Source: Octopus vulgaris
Taxonomy: Eukaryota
Direction: 5' to 3'
Length of the DNA stretch: 64,000 nucleotides
NCBI GenBank assembly: GCA_951406725.2
Contig: OX597817.1
Location: forward strand, 43,090,001-43,154,000
Made by a program: the position numbers and the translations under genes
In this document: one piece after another, positions 15,401 to 30,300 of the stretch
How the letters are laid out: every line of letters starts with the position of its first letter
Position numbering within the stretch: position 1 is the first letter of the stretch
The notes under the pieces: generated by a model
Databases searched by the model: none
What the model saw: the letters and a program-made list of their open reading frames with translations, nothing else
Told to the model about the DNA's origin: nothing

Positions 15401-18400
15401 AGTTATAATATTTTTTTTTATTGGAGCAATGTGGCTGGTGATGGTATTGCATACCTGGCATGTAAAAAGCACCTTTTGAGCGTTGGGCCTCACAGAAGCA
15501 TCTGGCACCCATGCTGGCAGCACATAAAAAGCACCTGTTGAGTGTTGAACCTCATGGAGGCAATGTGTCCAATGCCAGTGTCACATAACTGGCACGTAAA
15601 AAGCATCTTTCAAGTGTTGGGCCTCACAGAGGCAATGACATATGACCGAGACCTTTAGCAATATGCTGTTGTGCTTGAGAAGACTGATCACGCCAAGTGA
15701 AATCAGTCGTGGTGGATACTGGTGTCATACAAATGGCACCTATGCTGGTGGCACATAAGAGCATCCATTACACTCTTGGAGAGGTTGGCATTAGGAAGGA
15801 CATCCAGCTCTAGAAACCCTGCCAAATCAGACTGGACCCTGGTGCAGCCCCTCAGCTTACCAGCCCTGGTCAAACTGTCCAACCCATACCAGCATGGACA
15901 ATGGACATTAAATGATAATGAGGATTAGTGTATCACAACTAAAAGAAGGAACATTACTGACTTTATATGACTCATCAAGAAACTGATTTGCATTTTGTAA
16001 GCTGCCTATCCATTTAAATATTGCCCTAAAACTTGATGAAAATATTCATAGGTCCAGGCATGGCTTTGTGGTTAAGCAGTTTGTTTTCCAACCACATGGT
16101 TTTGAGTTCACCTCATATCCACTTTCCTTTCTCCATTTCCTGCTGGGGTAGCCATGTATCTCCTTTACAGCATAATCTGTTCCTGTTCCTTTTTCCTACT
16201 TTAGCCTCTCAACACCTGCACAAAACCACCTCCCTCAATCCTGCACCACCAGTATTGTCAAGGGATCTTGTCTTACGACCAACATGGGCCCTCGGGCTAG
16301 CCAGATCCTTTCAGTGAAAATTACGTCTGGATCTGAAAAATAAATTTAAATATAGTTGTAGGAGTGGCTGTGTAGTAAGTAGCTTGCTTACCAACCACAT
16401 GGTTCCGGGTTCAGTCCCACAGTGTGGCACCTTGGGCATGTGTCTTCTACTATAGCCTTGGGCCGACCAAAGCCTTGTGAGTGGATTTGGTAGACGGAAA
16501 CCGAAAGAAGCCTGTCGTATATATATGTATGTATATATGTGTGGGTATCAGAACATCCCGCTGTGCTTGAGGAGACCTATTGAGTCAAGTACATGAACAT
16601 CGAAATAAATATCAATGGAAATAGTAGTTGTGATACCTGTGCCGGTGGCACATAAAAAGCACCGTCCGAACGTGGCCGATGCCAGTGCTGCCTGGACTGG
16701 CTTCTGTGCCGGTGGCACATAAAAAGCACCATCCGAATGTGGCCGATGCCAGCGCCGCCTTGACTTGCTTCCGTGCCGGTGGCACGTTAAAAGCACCAAC
16801 CGATCATGGCCGATGCCAGACTCCCCTGGCACCTGTGCCGGTGGCATGTAAAAAGCACCCACTACTCTCGCGGAGTGGTTGGCGTTAGGAAGGGCATTCA
16901 GCTGTAGAAACACTGTCAGATCAGACTGGAGCCTGGTGCAGCCCCTGGCTTCCCAGACCCCGGTCGAACCGTCCAACCCGTGCTAGCGCGGAAAACAGAC
17001 GTTAAACGATGATGATGATATATATATATATGTATTTGTATATATGTATAAATATTATGTATGTGTGTCTGTCTTTGTCCTCCCAACATTGCTTGACAAC
17101 CGATGCTGGTGTATTTGCATCCCTGTAACTCAGCAGTTTGGCAAAAGAGACCGATAGAATAAGTACTAGGCTTTCAAAGAATAAGTCCCGGGGGCGATTT
17201 GCTTGGCTAAAGGCGGTGCTCCAGCATGGCCACAGTCAAATGACTGAAACGAGTAAAAGAGTAAATATAATTTTTTTAGATATTTGTTGGTTTGTTTCTG
17301 TTGCAATTGCTATGGATTTGAAACAACATTGAATTTCTATTTCAGATTCTTTATGAGCGTGGTAAAGTCTACCCAAAGACAATGCAGATAATCAACAATC
17401 TTCCTGGAAATGTCATCAGAGAAGGATTAAACCCTGGAACAGAATTTTGGCAAAGTTCCAAAACTTTAAAAACCCTCTCAGAATGCAATTATTTTGTTGA
17501 TGAAGAATCCAAAGAGATTGTGTGGCCAGCTGCCTTGAAGAAAATGTTGTCTGATAGTAAGTAATGGCAAATTTATTTCATTAAGAATTTGGTGCTGGCA
17601 TTTTTAAAGAATTGTTAAAAAAGCAATTGCTTTGTGTAACTCAGATTTGTTTTAACTTTTCTTAACATTTTGTTGTTTGCAGGTGATGCATTGAATTCTA
17701 GTGCTGCAGATGCTTATGTCTTGGCAGTATCAGCTCTTGGTGCCATCTTATGGTAAATACATATTCCTGTTTTGTTCCTTGTTTTTGTTAAAAGAAAAAA
17801 AAGTAACACCTAAAATTGGTGTCACAGGGTGCGGATGCCATTTAAAAAGCACTCATTTTGGTATCACGTAAAAAGCATCCATGCTGGTGCCATGCAAAAA
17901 TCACTCGTGCCGGTACCACATAAAAAGCACCTGTGCTGGTCATTTCCTGTCAAACCGTCCAACCCATGCCAGCAAGAAAAACGGACATTAAATGATGATG
18001 ATTTGAAATTGAATTAGATACTCCTTTGGTTGTTTACTAAATCCACTCACAATGCTTTGGTCGTCCCAAGGCTATAGTAGAAGACACTTGTCCAAAGTGC
18101 CATGCAGTGGGACTGAACCCGGAACCATGTGGTTGGTAAGCAAGCTACTTACCACACAGCCACTCCTACACCTATAAAGATGTTGATGTAAAAATCAGAA
18201 TTAGCTAATTTATGGTAGTTTGATACTTTCCTCAATACGTATCCCACTAGGAAGACATCCCCTCTCATCCATTAACAATAATAATCCAGTAATAAATTCA
18301 TCTTTTACATTTTACATTGGGCTGCAACATTGTCATCAAGTATTTTAATTTACTAAACCATCTCCAGTATTCATGTTTGTTCACTTTAAGTCTAGTATTT

Positions 18401-21400
18401 ATTCAGTTTGTCTCTTCTGCTGAACTAAGTTATGGAGACATAAATAAACAACACTGGTTGTCAAGAATTGGTTTTGACATAGACACACACACTGACATAT
18501 ATACATATGTATATGTATGTATATTTATTTATTTGTGTGTCTGAGTATGTCAAGTGTCCACACCATTTCTATCTACCAAATTCAGTCACAAGACATTTGT
18601 TGGCCTTGGGTTTTAGCGGAAGCCACATACCCAATGTGCTGTGCAGTGGAATTGAACCTGAAACTAAGTGGTTGCAAAGTAAGCATTCATATCTTCTTAT
18701 GAATGGCTTTGATATCAAATTTATAAGAAATTGGGTGTTGGAGGATAAAAATTTAGCAGTAAAATTTCATCTTGTGGTCTTTTTCCTGTTTTCATTTCAA
18801 CTACTTGTTTGGAACTATTTAGATTTAATGCAATATCAACTGCTTAATATAACACAATTAACTAAATAATTAACTGCAAGAGGTCCGTTAAGCTTTTTAC
18901 TTGATAAATAAGAATTTTTAATTCAGATGGATTGTTAAACTAATTTCAAAACCCCATTGATGCTAAATAGCAAAAAAATTGTATTTTTTCTAATTAAATT
19001 CATTTATATTTTTCTAATTTGTTGTAATTGCAATTAATTAGGTACTTGAAACACACTTTAGTGGATGAAGAATTGCTGTCTATGAAGAATTTTGAAGAAT
19101 ATGTCCCTCTTGATAAAAATAATTCTGTATCAGTTCCAAACAGCTCAGTGGCCAGGGATTTTTCTGGAAAACGTCATATGGTAAGTTATGCGTTATCAGA
19201 AAAGACTTGCCTCCCTCATCACTTTCACTACCATATTTCTGATGAAATACAATGTTTTTTTTTTTTTTGTTGCAATTAAATTAGGAAAACTGAACTATTA
19301 AATGCTCAGTGTGCTTGACTGTAAAATAGGTATTCTATGCTGGACACATAATTTCTGACCAGTTTAGAAATGCTTCTGAGCCAAGACACTGAACTAGTAA
19401 ACAGTGTGTTTAGTTGTAAATAGGTACTCTATGGTTGACGAACTCTCTGCTCCAGACTGCAAGAGCACTATAAAATCATGTAGTAATTTGCTAACTATAC
19501 AACTCTCACATACAAACTTATTTTAGATACTCTAAACAAAAACGGTCTTCGCTAGCTCTATGGTTCTGTGGATTAGGGAATTACATTCTTATATTTTGTT
19601 TTATTCTTGTCAGGTCCTGGATGATGTCACTTTGTGTAACTTGGACATCACAGAAAATGGTTTGAATGGTTCGAGAGAAGGAACTCTTTTAGAAAAACTG
19701 GATCACTGCAACACACCATTTGGTAAATAGAATTTATTTTTATGTTTATTCATTTATTTAACTTATACATATATGATATATGGAGGCACACACATGGCTG
19801 TGTGGTTAAGAAGCTTGTTTCCCGACTGTGTGGCACCTTGGGCAAGTTTCTTCTTCTATAGCTCTGGGCCGACCAAAGCTTTCTGAGTGGAATTGATAGA
19901 TGGAAACTGGAGGAAGCCTGTCATGTGTGTGTGTGTGTGTGCATGCATCTGTACCTTTGTCTTGACATCAGATAATGGTTGTAAATGAGCATCACCATTA
20001 TGTATGTGATATTGCTTGTTTCCAGTCTTCTGTGAAAAATATGTCTAGCTATGCAGAAATATTACCTCGCCTGAAAAGTTGTGGGTTGGTGTCAGGAAGG
20101 CTGTCTGGCCATAGAAAGTCTGCCTCAACACATTGTGCCTGATCCATGCAAGCATGGTTAAGTAGACATTAAATGATGATGATAATCATTGGCTTCTATC
20201 AAACCATCAGATGATAACGATGATGAAGTTGATATCTTGCAGATCTAGCAACTGCATGAAGCCATCTTCTTCATTAAAATCGCTATATATATAAAGCTGA
20301 AGTTGTCTGTGTATGGCAGGTTTGGTAGCTTTCAACTAACACTATCTTCTCCGAGACCCTGCGGTGCAAGTTGACCAAAATTGAGAGTATGATAGAAGAA
20401 GGCTTGCTCTTCCTACCGTAGACGAAAAAATTCAAATCAAACCATGTTAACACCAAAAATTCTTTACATCAAAAAGGTGCTTTTTTTCTATGAAAATCCC
20501 TATTTTTTACGATTTTTTGACTGCTGTGCTGCCATTTTTTGGTGTATTTCAACCATAAAAATGTTCACTTAAAGAGAATAACAAGCTACATAATGCAAAA
20601 TTTTTACTTTTCAAAAATTCCAATTCTAAAGGGTTGAAACAAACCCAAGCAACACTGGGTGATACTGCTAGTAGTACCATAAACCCAAAGTGTTGTAATG
20701 CTAAAGAGGTTTGTGTGGATTCTTGCTTTTGATAGTGATTATATATTTGAAGTGGAATATTCTTTTGGCTTTGGCAGGGAAACGTCTATTCCGAACTTGG
20801 CTTTGTGCACCCTTGTGTAACCCAAAGTCTATCAATGATCGTTTGGATAGTCTTGAAGATCTCATGAACATTCCAGATGTAAGTGCTGAGACAAGGGAAC
20901 TACTGAAGAAACTTCCAGATTTGGAAAGAATTTTAAGCAGGTTTGTATATATATATATATATATATTTCTATTATCATTTAAGTATCAATCTGTATGGCT
21001 GTGTGGTGAAGAAATTTGCATTGCAACCATGTGGTTATGGGTTCAATCCCACTGCAATGCACCTTGGGCAAGTGTCTAAATATAGGCCTAGGCCAACCAA
21101 TGCTTTCTGAGTGAATTTGGTTGAAGTGTGCTCTGGGGATACTTTTTGTTTTTATTCCTTGAGCACTTGAGGTTGCTTTCTAATTTTTCTTCTTTAGACA
21201 CTAAATTTGGGTCAGTCAGGTCTCTATCATTTTCAGTTCATATACATGTGGGTGATCAAGTACACATTTTTGGTTGGCGTCAAACACAGGTTATTTACTA
21301 CATTGCATCTAATTCTGTTGAAAATATTGGCTTTGGGAGTTGACTGAAGGAAGGATTTGTGGGTATCCATATATCAAAGATTTAATTAATCAAAATATAG

Positions 21401-24400
21401 TATAAATAGAACTCTTTTAAAAGACTAAGTTTACCTGGAAAGTCCAGTTTAAAAAAATTTCTTTGAAGCCACTCCTACATGGGCATAGGAGTAGCTGTGT
21501 GGTAAGTAGCTAGCTTACGAACCACATGGTTCCAGGTTCAGTCCCACTGCGTGGCACCTTGGGCAAGTGTATTCTATAGCCTTGGGCTGACCAAATCCTT
21601 GTGAGTGGATTTGGTAGATGGAAACTGAAAGAAGTCAGTCGTATATATGTATATATATATATATATTTATGTGTGTGTGTATACGTTTGTGTGTTTGTGC
21701 CCCCAACATCGCTTGACAACCGATGCTGGTGTGTTTACATGCCCATAACTTAGCGGTTCGGCAAAAGAGCTGATAGAATAAGTACTAAGCTTACAAAGAA
21801 TAAGTCCTGGGGTCAATTTGCTTGACTAAAGGCGGTGCTCCAGCATGGCCACAGTTAAATGACTTAAATGAGTAAAAGAGTAAGAATAATTTCTCAAAAT
21901 ATATACATGAGTTTTCAGTTATTTTCTTTTTTTTTTTTTTTCTTTTCCCATTTTCTAAGAATTCATGCTCTTGGATTATCTAATCGGAGTAACGAACATC
22001 CTGATAACCGTGCAATTCTCTATGAAAGTGTCACATACAGGTAATAGGTTTTTAACCTTCTTTTTTTAATAATGATCCATGTATTTTATCCTTATTTTAC
22101 CCTTTTTCTAAGACTTGTGTTTGTAAAAAAATGAAATTTTATTTCGTACATTTTAGTAAACGAAAAATTGAAGATTTCATTTCTGCTTTGGAAGGATTTA
22201 AAGTTGCTCAAAAAATAATAAAACCATTCCAGGACAAAGTTGATGGTTTCAAGTGAGTATCATTTTAAAGTGTCTAATTCTGTGTGTGTGTATGTGTGTG
22301 TGTGTGTATATATATATATATACACTTGTACTGGGGTGCAGGTGACATGTAAAAAAAAAAACATGATTTTTTTCGTGGCCGTTGCCAGTATCGCCTGACT
22401 GGCACTCAAGCCGGTGGCACATAAAAGCACCCACTACACTCTCGGAGTGGTTGGTGTTTTCATCATTCTTTGAGAGAAACTTTAAAATTTTTAACCAGGT
22501 GTGGAGTGTTGATCAAGTAGTCTGTTTTATTTTCTAAAGAATATGCAAAAAGTGATATCACTGAAATTAAGTTATTATTATTGTTCACCAAATTACTAAA
22601 TTTTACCTGGAGCAGAGAGGTTGTCAGTGGCAATGGAAGGACTTAGGCAAGCTTGATTGATTGTACAATAAATGAAACAGTTGATTAGTTAATTGGTTAA
22701 ATAGTTAACCAATTCAGAAATAAATGATAAAGAAGTGAAATAGAACCAGTGTTTATTATTGATATAATGAGATTTCGAGGTACAACAATATATGTTTCAA
22801 CACAGGAATTAACATCAGAAATCTTGCAAATCAAATACAAAAACAATATATTTTGTTTAGTCAGTGTAATAAATTTCCATGCAACATATATTAGAGGGTG
22901 AAAAAAAAATATTATGGGGAAAAGTGGTATAAGACAGACCTCTCATGTATAAAAATAATGATGAAATTGTTGTATACATATATAAAAATATTGTATACAT
23001 ATATAAAAATATTGTATACATATATAAAAATATTGTATACATATATAAAAATAATAATCAAGTTATTGTATACAGTGCTCAGGTGCACCACAACTTGTCA
23101 AAAGTGCATTTAAAGCATATGCAGTAATGTACAATTGTCTGGGAAGTGAACAGTGTATGAGTCAGATACATGCTTGCGTGTGTATGGAGGGGAGAAAATC
23201 AGGTGTAGTGTTGGCGAATCTCAGGAAGCATGGAAGTTTTGAAGGATGCAGTGCTCCGACAACTAACAACTGATGCCAGCAGTTTGTTCCATGCTTCAGC
23301 AACTCTTAGCGTGAAAATATGTTTCCGAAAGTCATGGGAGATGTGTTGTTTTTTGACTTAGTAAACATGTCCACGGGTGTTAGACAGGTGGAGTTTGAAA
23401 AGGTACTCAGAGTTATTGTTAGTAAGATGGTTAATAATTTTATGGGTGTCTGCCAAGTCAGCTGCCAGACGTCGGAGTTTCAATGTTATCCATGCCCAGG
23501 GAAGTACTGGTTATTAAACATTTTTCTTGTTTGAGGTAACATTTATCAACACAATACTTCATTGTTTTAAGTGTCATGAAATATGTTGTAATCCTAGTTT
23601 AATGGTCTCAATTACAGATCAATTCTGCTGAGAAAAACAGTTACTGTGAAAAGTTCATCATCTTCTGGTTGTTTTCCTGATATGGCAGAAAAACTAAAAT
23701 ATTTTGATGTAGGTATTTACATAAATCAATATGTTTTTGATAAAGAAAATACTTCCATGTAATGGCAATGTTTAATTTTTTTTCTAAATCATTTCATTAT
23801 TCCCATGTTTCTGATCTACTAAGTTATGGTGATGTAAATGAGCCAACCATGGTTGTCAAGAAACAAACACAAAGACCCCCTCCCTTTCTCACACACACAC
23901 ACACACACACATGCATGACAGGCTTCTACATAATTTCTGTCTACCAAATTCATTTGCAAGACATTGAAATTGTAGTTGTGACACCTGTGCTGGTGGCATG
24001 TAAAAAGTACCACCCGTACGTGGCCGATGCCAGCGCCGCCTTGACTAACTTCGGTGCTGGTGGCATGTAAAAAGCACCAACCGATCGTGGCCATTGCCAG
24101 CCTCCCCTGGCCCCTGTGCCGGTGACACCTAAAAAGCACCTTCTACACTTACGGAGTGGTTGGCGTTAGGGAGGGCATCCGACTGTAGAAACACTGCCAG
24201 ATCAGACCGGAGCCTGGTGCAGCCTCCTGGCTTCCCAGACCCCAGTTGAACCGTCCAGCTCATGCTAGCATGGAAAGCGGATGTTAAACGATGATGGTGA
24301 TGGTCAGCCCAAGGCTATGTAGCAGAAAATAGTTCATCAAGGTACTGTGCAGTGGGACTGAACTGGAAGCCAAGTGGCTGCAATGTGAGCTGTTTAATCA

Positions 24401-25851
24401 CACAGCCATCCTGTGACCCTGTATAACAATTTAAATTAAAAGTTCAGTAGTTTAAACATATTGGTTGGGGTATTATCAGTGAAGATGTTTGCATTCCTCT
24501 GTAAAAATGTATCTTGTAATTTAGTAAGCAATATCAGGATTAGTTACTTGAATAAATGAACCCCATGAGGTGAGGTGGCTGCTACAGCGAGTATCTCTGG
24601 CCATTTTCTGTGGCAACACAATCATGGTCATGTCCACAGGGAAGGTGGCGGGCTGGCAAAAACGTTAGCATGCCGGACGAAATGCGAAGCTGTATTTCTT
24701 CTGCCGTTATCTTCTGAGTTTGAATTTCGCCAAGGTCAACTTTGCCTTTCATCCTTCCAGGGTCGATGAATTAAGTACCAGTTACACGCTGGGGTCGATA
24801 TAATCGACTTAATCCCTTTGTCTGTCCTTTTTGTCTCCTCTGTGTTTAGCCCCTTGTGGGTAGTAAAGAATTAGGTCATGTCCACTGGGTGTGACTGAAC
24901 ACCATTTGTTCTGGAATATATTCCCTTCCTCTCATCTTCTGCACCTTAACTTCCCCCAATTTTTTTCTATTTCTTTGTTTCTTTGTAAATGAATTTTGAT
25001 TCAACCTTTATATAAATAAAAATAATATTCATTATAATTTATTGAAGCTCTGTTATATATGAAACTTTAACATGACATTAAAGCTCGATTTTTCAGTTGG
25101 TTTTACTTGGCTGATTGTTACATTTTGGTGTTGTTTTTTCTTAAATCAGAATGGGTTTGATCACAACAAAGCTAAGAAAGATGGGGTCATAGTTCCTAAC
25201 AAAGGTAGGTAATGATTTATTTTACAACTTTCACACAAATTTCCACCCTATCTGTGATGCTAAATATCTTAAAGTTTTCATTGACATGTATCTCTCTTAC
25301 TTCTGAGTGGACAAATGCGAAATGAGAACTATAAATGTGTATGTGCGTATTCCTGAAGATGGTTAATTATGGAGAATGGTGTGATTTACATAAACATCAT
25401 CATCATTTAACATCTACTAAAATGCTTGCATGAGTCAGATGAAATTTGCTGAGGTAGAATATATTGAATCTTGATTTAATAACCCAACAACTGAATATTT
25501 ACATAATTCTCAAATATTAGAACAATTTTCCCAAATGGTTTATCCTCATTCTAATCAAGTTATGGAAATTAATTAACCAGGGTTGTTGTGGTGTGGTTCT
25601 GAACATGCAGTTGTTCATTTTTCCATGCTTTCATGGATAAGACAAATTTTGTTGAGGCAGATTTTCTACAGTTGGATGCCCTTCTTGTCACTAGCCCTCA
25701 CTTGATTCCAGGCAAGGTAATATCTCCCCAAGACCATCATGTCTTCATAGAAGACTGGAGACAAAGGGTAGCATTTGTTTGATCATCACACTCATGACTA
25801 TCATGCAACGTCTAGGCAAAACAGATATATGTATATATATATGTATATATA

Positions 25852-25884
<33 letters not shown>

Positions 25885-27318
25885 CATCATCATCATCATC
25901 ATCATCATTTAGTGTCCGCTTTCCATGCTAGCATGGGTTGGACGGTTCAACTGGGGTCTGTGAAGCCAGAAGGCTGCATCAGGCCCAGTCTGATCTGGCA
26001 GTGTTTCTACAGCTGGATGCCCTTCCTAACGCCAACCACTCCGTGAGTGTAGTGGGTGCTTTTTACGTGCCACCCACACAGGTGCCAGACGGAGCTGGCA
26101 AACGGCCACGGACGGATGGTGCTTTTAACATGCCCAGGCAAAGCTGGCAACGGCCACGATCGGATGGTGCTTTTTACGTGCCACCGGCACGGAAGCCAGT
26201 CGGGGCGGCGCTGGCAACGGCCACGATCGGATGGTTCGCTTACTTGTCACCGACACTGGTATCACAGCTGCAATTTCCATTGATGTTGATCGACTTCGAT
26301 TTTGGTACTGATTTCTGATATCTGAAATGATTTGATTTTGATTTCAATTATTATATTACATCTTACCTCGAAAGCTATGCTTTTACTATCCAAGAAAAAG
26401 AGAAAGCTACTGAGAACCCAATAAACAAGAGAGATAAGGATGCTTCTAGATCTCAAGTATCAATTGTGCTATCCCAAGGTGGGAGACATCACCTATATCA
26501 TTAGCAGCTATCCAGCTACATAGTTACATGCAGATCCACCAAAGTTACTGGTAGCTAATCACCCGAAGAGATTGCAATAATAAATATGAGCCAACAAGGG
26601 AATCTTTGTGATTGCTTGACCTGCAAGAAATAGCAACCAAATCTTTATCAAATGGCTTTCTACCATCTCAGAAAAGGAAGGACACATGGCACACTGGACA
26701 ATTTAGTCCTAGATGTACATGAAGTCAAAAAGGAAAATAGCTGGAATAGCTTTGATTTAGATCCAAGGCTGACCTGAATCTAAACAACAAGAATATATAT
26801 AAAATGTGCAATCATCCAACCAATAATAGCATTTAAATAAAACAGTTGTTTGAAACAAAAAAATAAAAAATAAATGAACCAACCTCTTTGTTGACTAGGT
26901 AATCCAATAGGCACAACAATTTTGCGTACCAGAAACTCAGAGCGGAGTCCATATGGACCAATATCACGCCTTTTCAATAACTCTGTCGTCATTATCTCCG
27001 TTTCAGTGGAAACAGTGTTTGTGCCACCGGCAGGTGTCTTCACAGACATGTCATCCCACCGAAGACATACCCAGAGAATCCGTAGCTGCAGACCAGCTGC
27101 TGCGAGGGATTTGAGAGTTTGCGTGCGATATCGCCATGCAGATTTGAAAGAAGGTCGTGGACACTGATAAATCCAATTCACATTCTTCATTTTTGCAGTT
27201 ATAATTAAAACCAGAAGCTTCCATATTACTACCTTTCCGTGCTAGTTGTTTCAGTTCATGACTTTCTAAGACAAAAATACCTTTTGATTTGCTAGGAGTT
27301 TGAAATTTCTGACATACT

Positions 27319-27376
<58 letters not shown>

Positions 27377-30300
27377 AGAGCAGCCAACTGGCTCCATGCC
27401 GGTGGCATGTAAAAGGGCACCATTCAAACGTGATCATTGCCAATGTCGCCTTACTGGCACCTGTGCCGGTGGCATGTGTAAAAAGATTCGAATGAGGTCA
27501 TTGCCAGTACCGCCTGACTGGCCCCATGCTGGTGGCATGTAAAAGGCACCCACTACACTCTCGGAGTGGTTGGCATGAGGAAGGACATCCAGCTGTAGAA
27601 ACTCTGCCAGATCAAGATTGGAGCCTGGTGCAACCGTCTGGTTCACCAACCCTCAGTCAAAATCGTCCAACCCATGCTAGCATGGAAAGCGGACGTTAAA
27701 CGATGATGATGATATATATATATATATGTGTGTGAGTGTGAGACATGCTTCTTTTAGTTTCTGTCTACCAAATCCACTGACAAGGGATTGTTATTCCCTG
27801 CGGCTACAGTAGAAGTTACTTGCCATGCAGTGGAACTGAAGCAACATGGTTGGGGGAGCAAACATCTTACCACACTGCTCCTTATATGTTTTGGAAACTC
27901 TGGAATATTTAGGAGCATGGAGGCTGACTGCTCCATTTGTTTTCATCCGTCACTATCATTGCCTTCACTATATGTTAGTGTTATTAGAATTTCAGATATT
28001 TAGCAGTTGGTTTGCTTCTTCTTTACAGGAGTTGATTCTGATTATGATGGTGCCGTAAAAGATATCAAAGAAACTACCAATGCACTAGATCGATATTTAG
28101 ACCAACAAAGACAGTTGATGGGTTGTAAGGTAAGTTTTAAATTTAATTTCTATTTCAATTATATTTTATTGTGTCTGGGGAGAGTCATTTTCTTTTTGTG
28201 CCTTATGATTTAACACACTCACCGGTAAAATTTCCACTTATTTTTTTATTTTTATTCTCCTAAAATTTTCGTTAAGTCTTGCAACCTTTTCAATAGTCTT
28301 GACTCTTTTTTAGGAGAATAAAATTTTAAAAAATAAGTGGAAATTTTACCGGTGAGTGTGTTAAATCATAAGGCACAAAAAGAAAATGACTCTCCCCAGA
28401 CACAGCAGAATATGCTTCAACACACGAACTCATATCAAGAATCTTACAAACCAAATCCAAAAACGAATTATATTTTAATTATATATTACTTTCTATTTGG
28501 TTCCTGCTATTTCTGAAATTTTGTCTTTGCATTCATTGTTTCCAGTCTATGGTATATTGGGGTACTGGTAAGAACCGTTATCAAATGGAAGTGCCTGAAA
28601 ATATGTGTAAGAAAGTACCAAATCAGTACGAGCTAATGTCTTCCAAGAAAGGATGGAAACGGTACCGTACAAAAGAGATTGAGAGAATGTTCGCTGAAAT
28701 GACTGATGCCGAAGATAGACGGTCTGCAGCTTTGAAGGATACCATGCGACGAATATTTCATCAATTTGATACGGAGTGAGTAAAATTTTCGTTATAAGGA
28801 AATAGTTTGTTTTCTGTTTTTGGCATCTGTGTTCATATTGAGGAAAAGTTTGGCGATTAAAAAAAAAAACATGAAACCTATTAGTTTAGAATGTTGAAAA
28901 CTTTTCCATGATACAATGAATGGATTAGTTTTCATGTTTAGATATTTATTCTAGTCATGATGTTTATGAAACAGTTTCTCCTAAGTTATTTCAAACTACT
29001 AAAAGAAGTTTAAACATGCATGATGGCCATTGTCCCTTTCATTACTGTATTTATTTTGAGATGCTGTGTTTCTTTCAATTACTTTAAATATAACAAAGAA
29101 TTTAGAAAAATAACTTGCTTATCATTAAGCTAATGTTAAGAACATAAATTGTGACTAAGGTTTGGTGGAAGATTTTAATTCAAAACTTATGTAAACAAGA
29201 CATTTGTATTCAGAGCCAGAGCCAGTTTTAGCTGGGTTGATATCAAACGGGTTAATGCCAAGGGAGGTAACTAGCTCTTCAGCATCAGGCATGATTAGTT
29301 TTTCTAATTTTTTTGTCTTCAAAATCAAATTTGATGACTGGCATCTGTGCTAGGTGAGCACCAAGAGTACCATCCAAGCGTGATCGTTGCCAGAGCAGGA
29401 AATTGGCTTCTGTGCCAGTGACATGTAAAAAGCACCATTTGAGCGTGATCGTTACCAGCATTGCCTTACTGGAATTTGTGTCGGTAGCACGTGAAAAGCC
29501 ATTCGAGTGAGGTCGTTGCCAGTGCTGCTGGGCTGGCTCCTGTGCAGGTGGCATGTAAAAAACACCATTTGAGCGTGGCCATTGCCATTACTGCCTGACT
29601 GGCCCTTGTGCTGGTGGCATGTAAAAGCACCCACTACACTCTCGGAGTGGTTGGTATTAGGAAGGGCATCCAGCTGTAGAAACTCTGCCAGATCAGATTG
29701 GAGCCTGGTGCAGCCATCTGGTTCGCCAGTCCTCAGTCAGACCGTCCAACCCATGCTAGCATGGAAATCGGACATTAAACGACGACGATGGTACCTTCTG
29801 ATGATATGTAATTATTTTAATTGGTAAATTATATGCACATTAATACCAACATATTTGTTCTTGGAGTTTTTGTGGAGTTATAGTTTCATTTCAAGTTATT
29901 TGTCACGACAGTTATCAGATGTGGGACCAAGCTGTTCAGTGTTTGGCTGTTCTTGATGTTCTCCTCTGTTTGGCCGAGTACAGTCGCTGTGGCGAAGGAG
30001 CCATTTGCAGACCAGAAATCGTTTTGCCTGAGGCAGATTCCAAAGTATGTTTTATGATTCTCCTTGTTTTTCTACAATTTACTTGTGTTGTTTTTTCTGG
30101 TGAACTAGCTTAGTCATATGAAAATTACTTCTTTCCAATATTCACCGTTTTTGTGTCAGTATACTTGGAGAGAAAAGATAATGGAAATAAAAATTCTAGG
30201 ATGTCACAATTAATGAAGAACCTTAACCCTTTAACATTCAAACCGGCCATATCTGGCCTAAATATTTTACCTCTTTTATAGTCAAAACCATTCAGATCCA

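Noticed and set aside
16630-16865. CRISPR-like regularly spaced repeats (GTGCCGGTGGCACATAAAAAGCACC)
   Set aside because: Spacers resemble each other, the units are internal to a retroposon tail, the context is eukaryotic and there are no cas genes
16548-16976. Recurring ORFs with [17 protein letters not shown]-like peptides (also 6396, 25938, 27434, 49548)
   Set aside because: Chance translations of the non-coding RTE 3' tail repeat, not a protein family
22857-23127. Repetitive ORFs (YIYKNIV)n
   Set aside because: Product of a 21-bp tandem repeat
26780-27323. Functional nested BPTF gene
   Set aside because: Single truncated exon with a frameshift and no acceptor or other exons, so treated as a pseudogenic fragment
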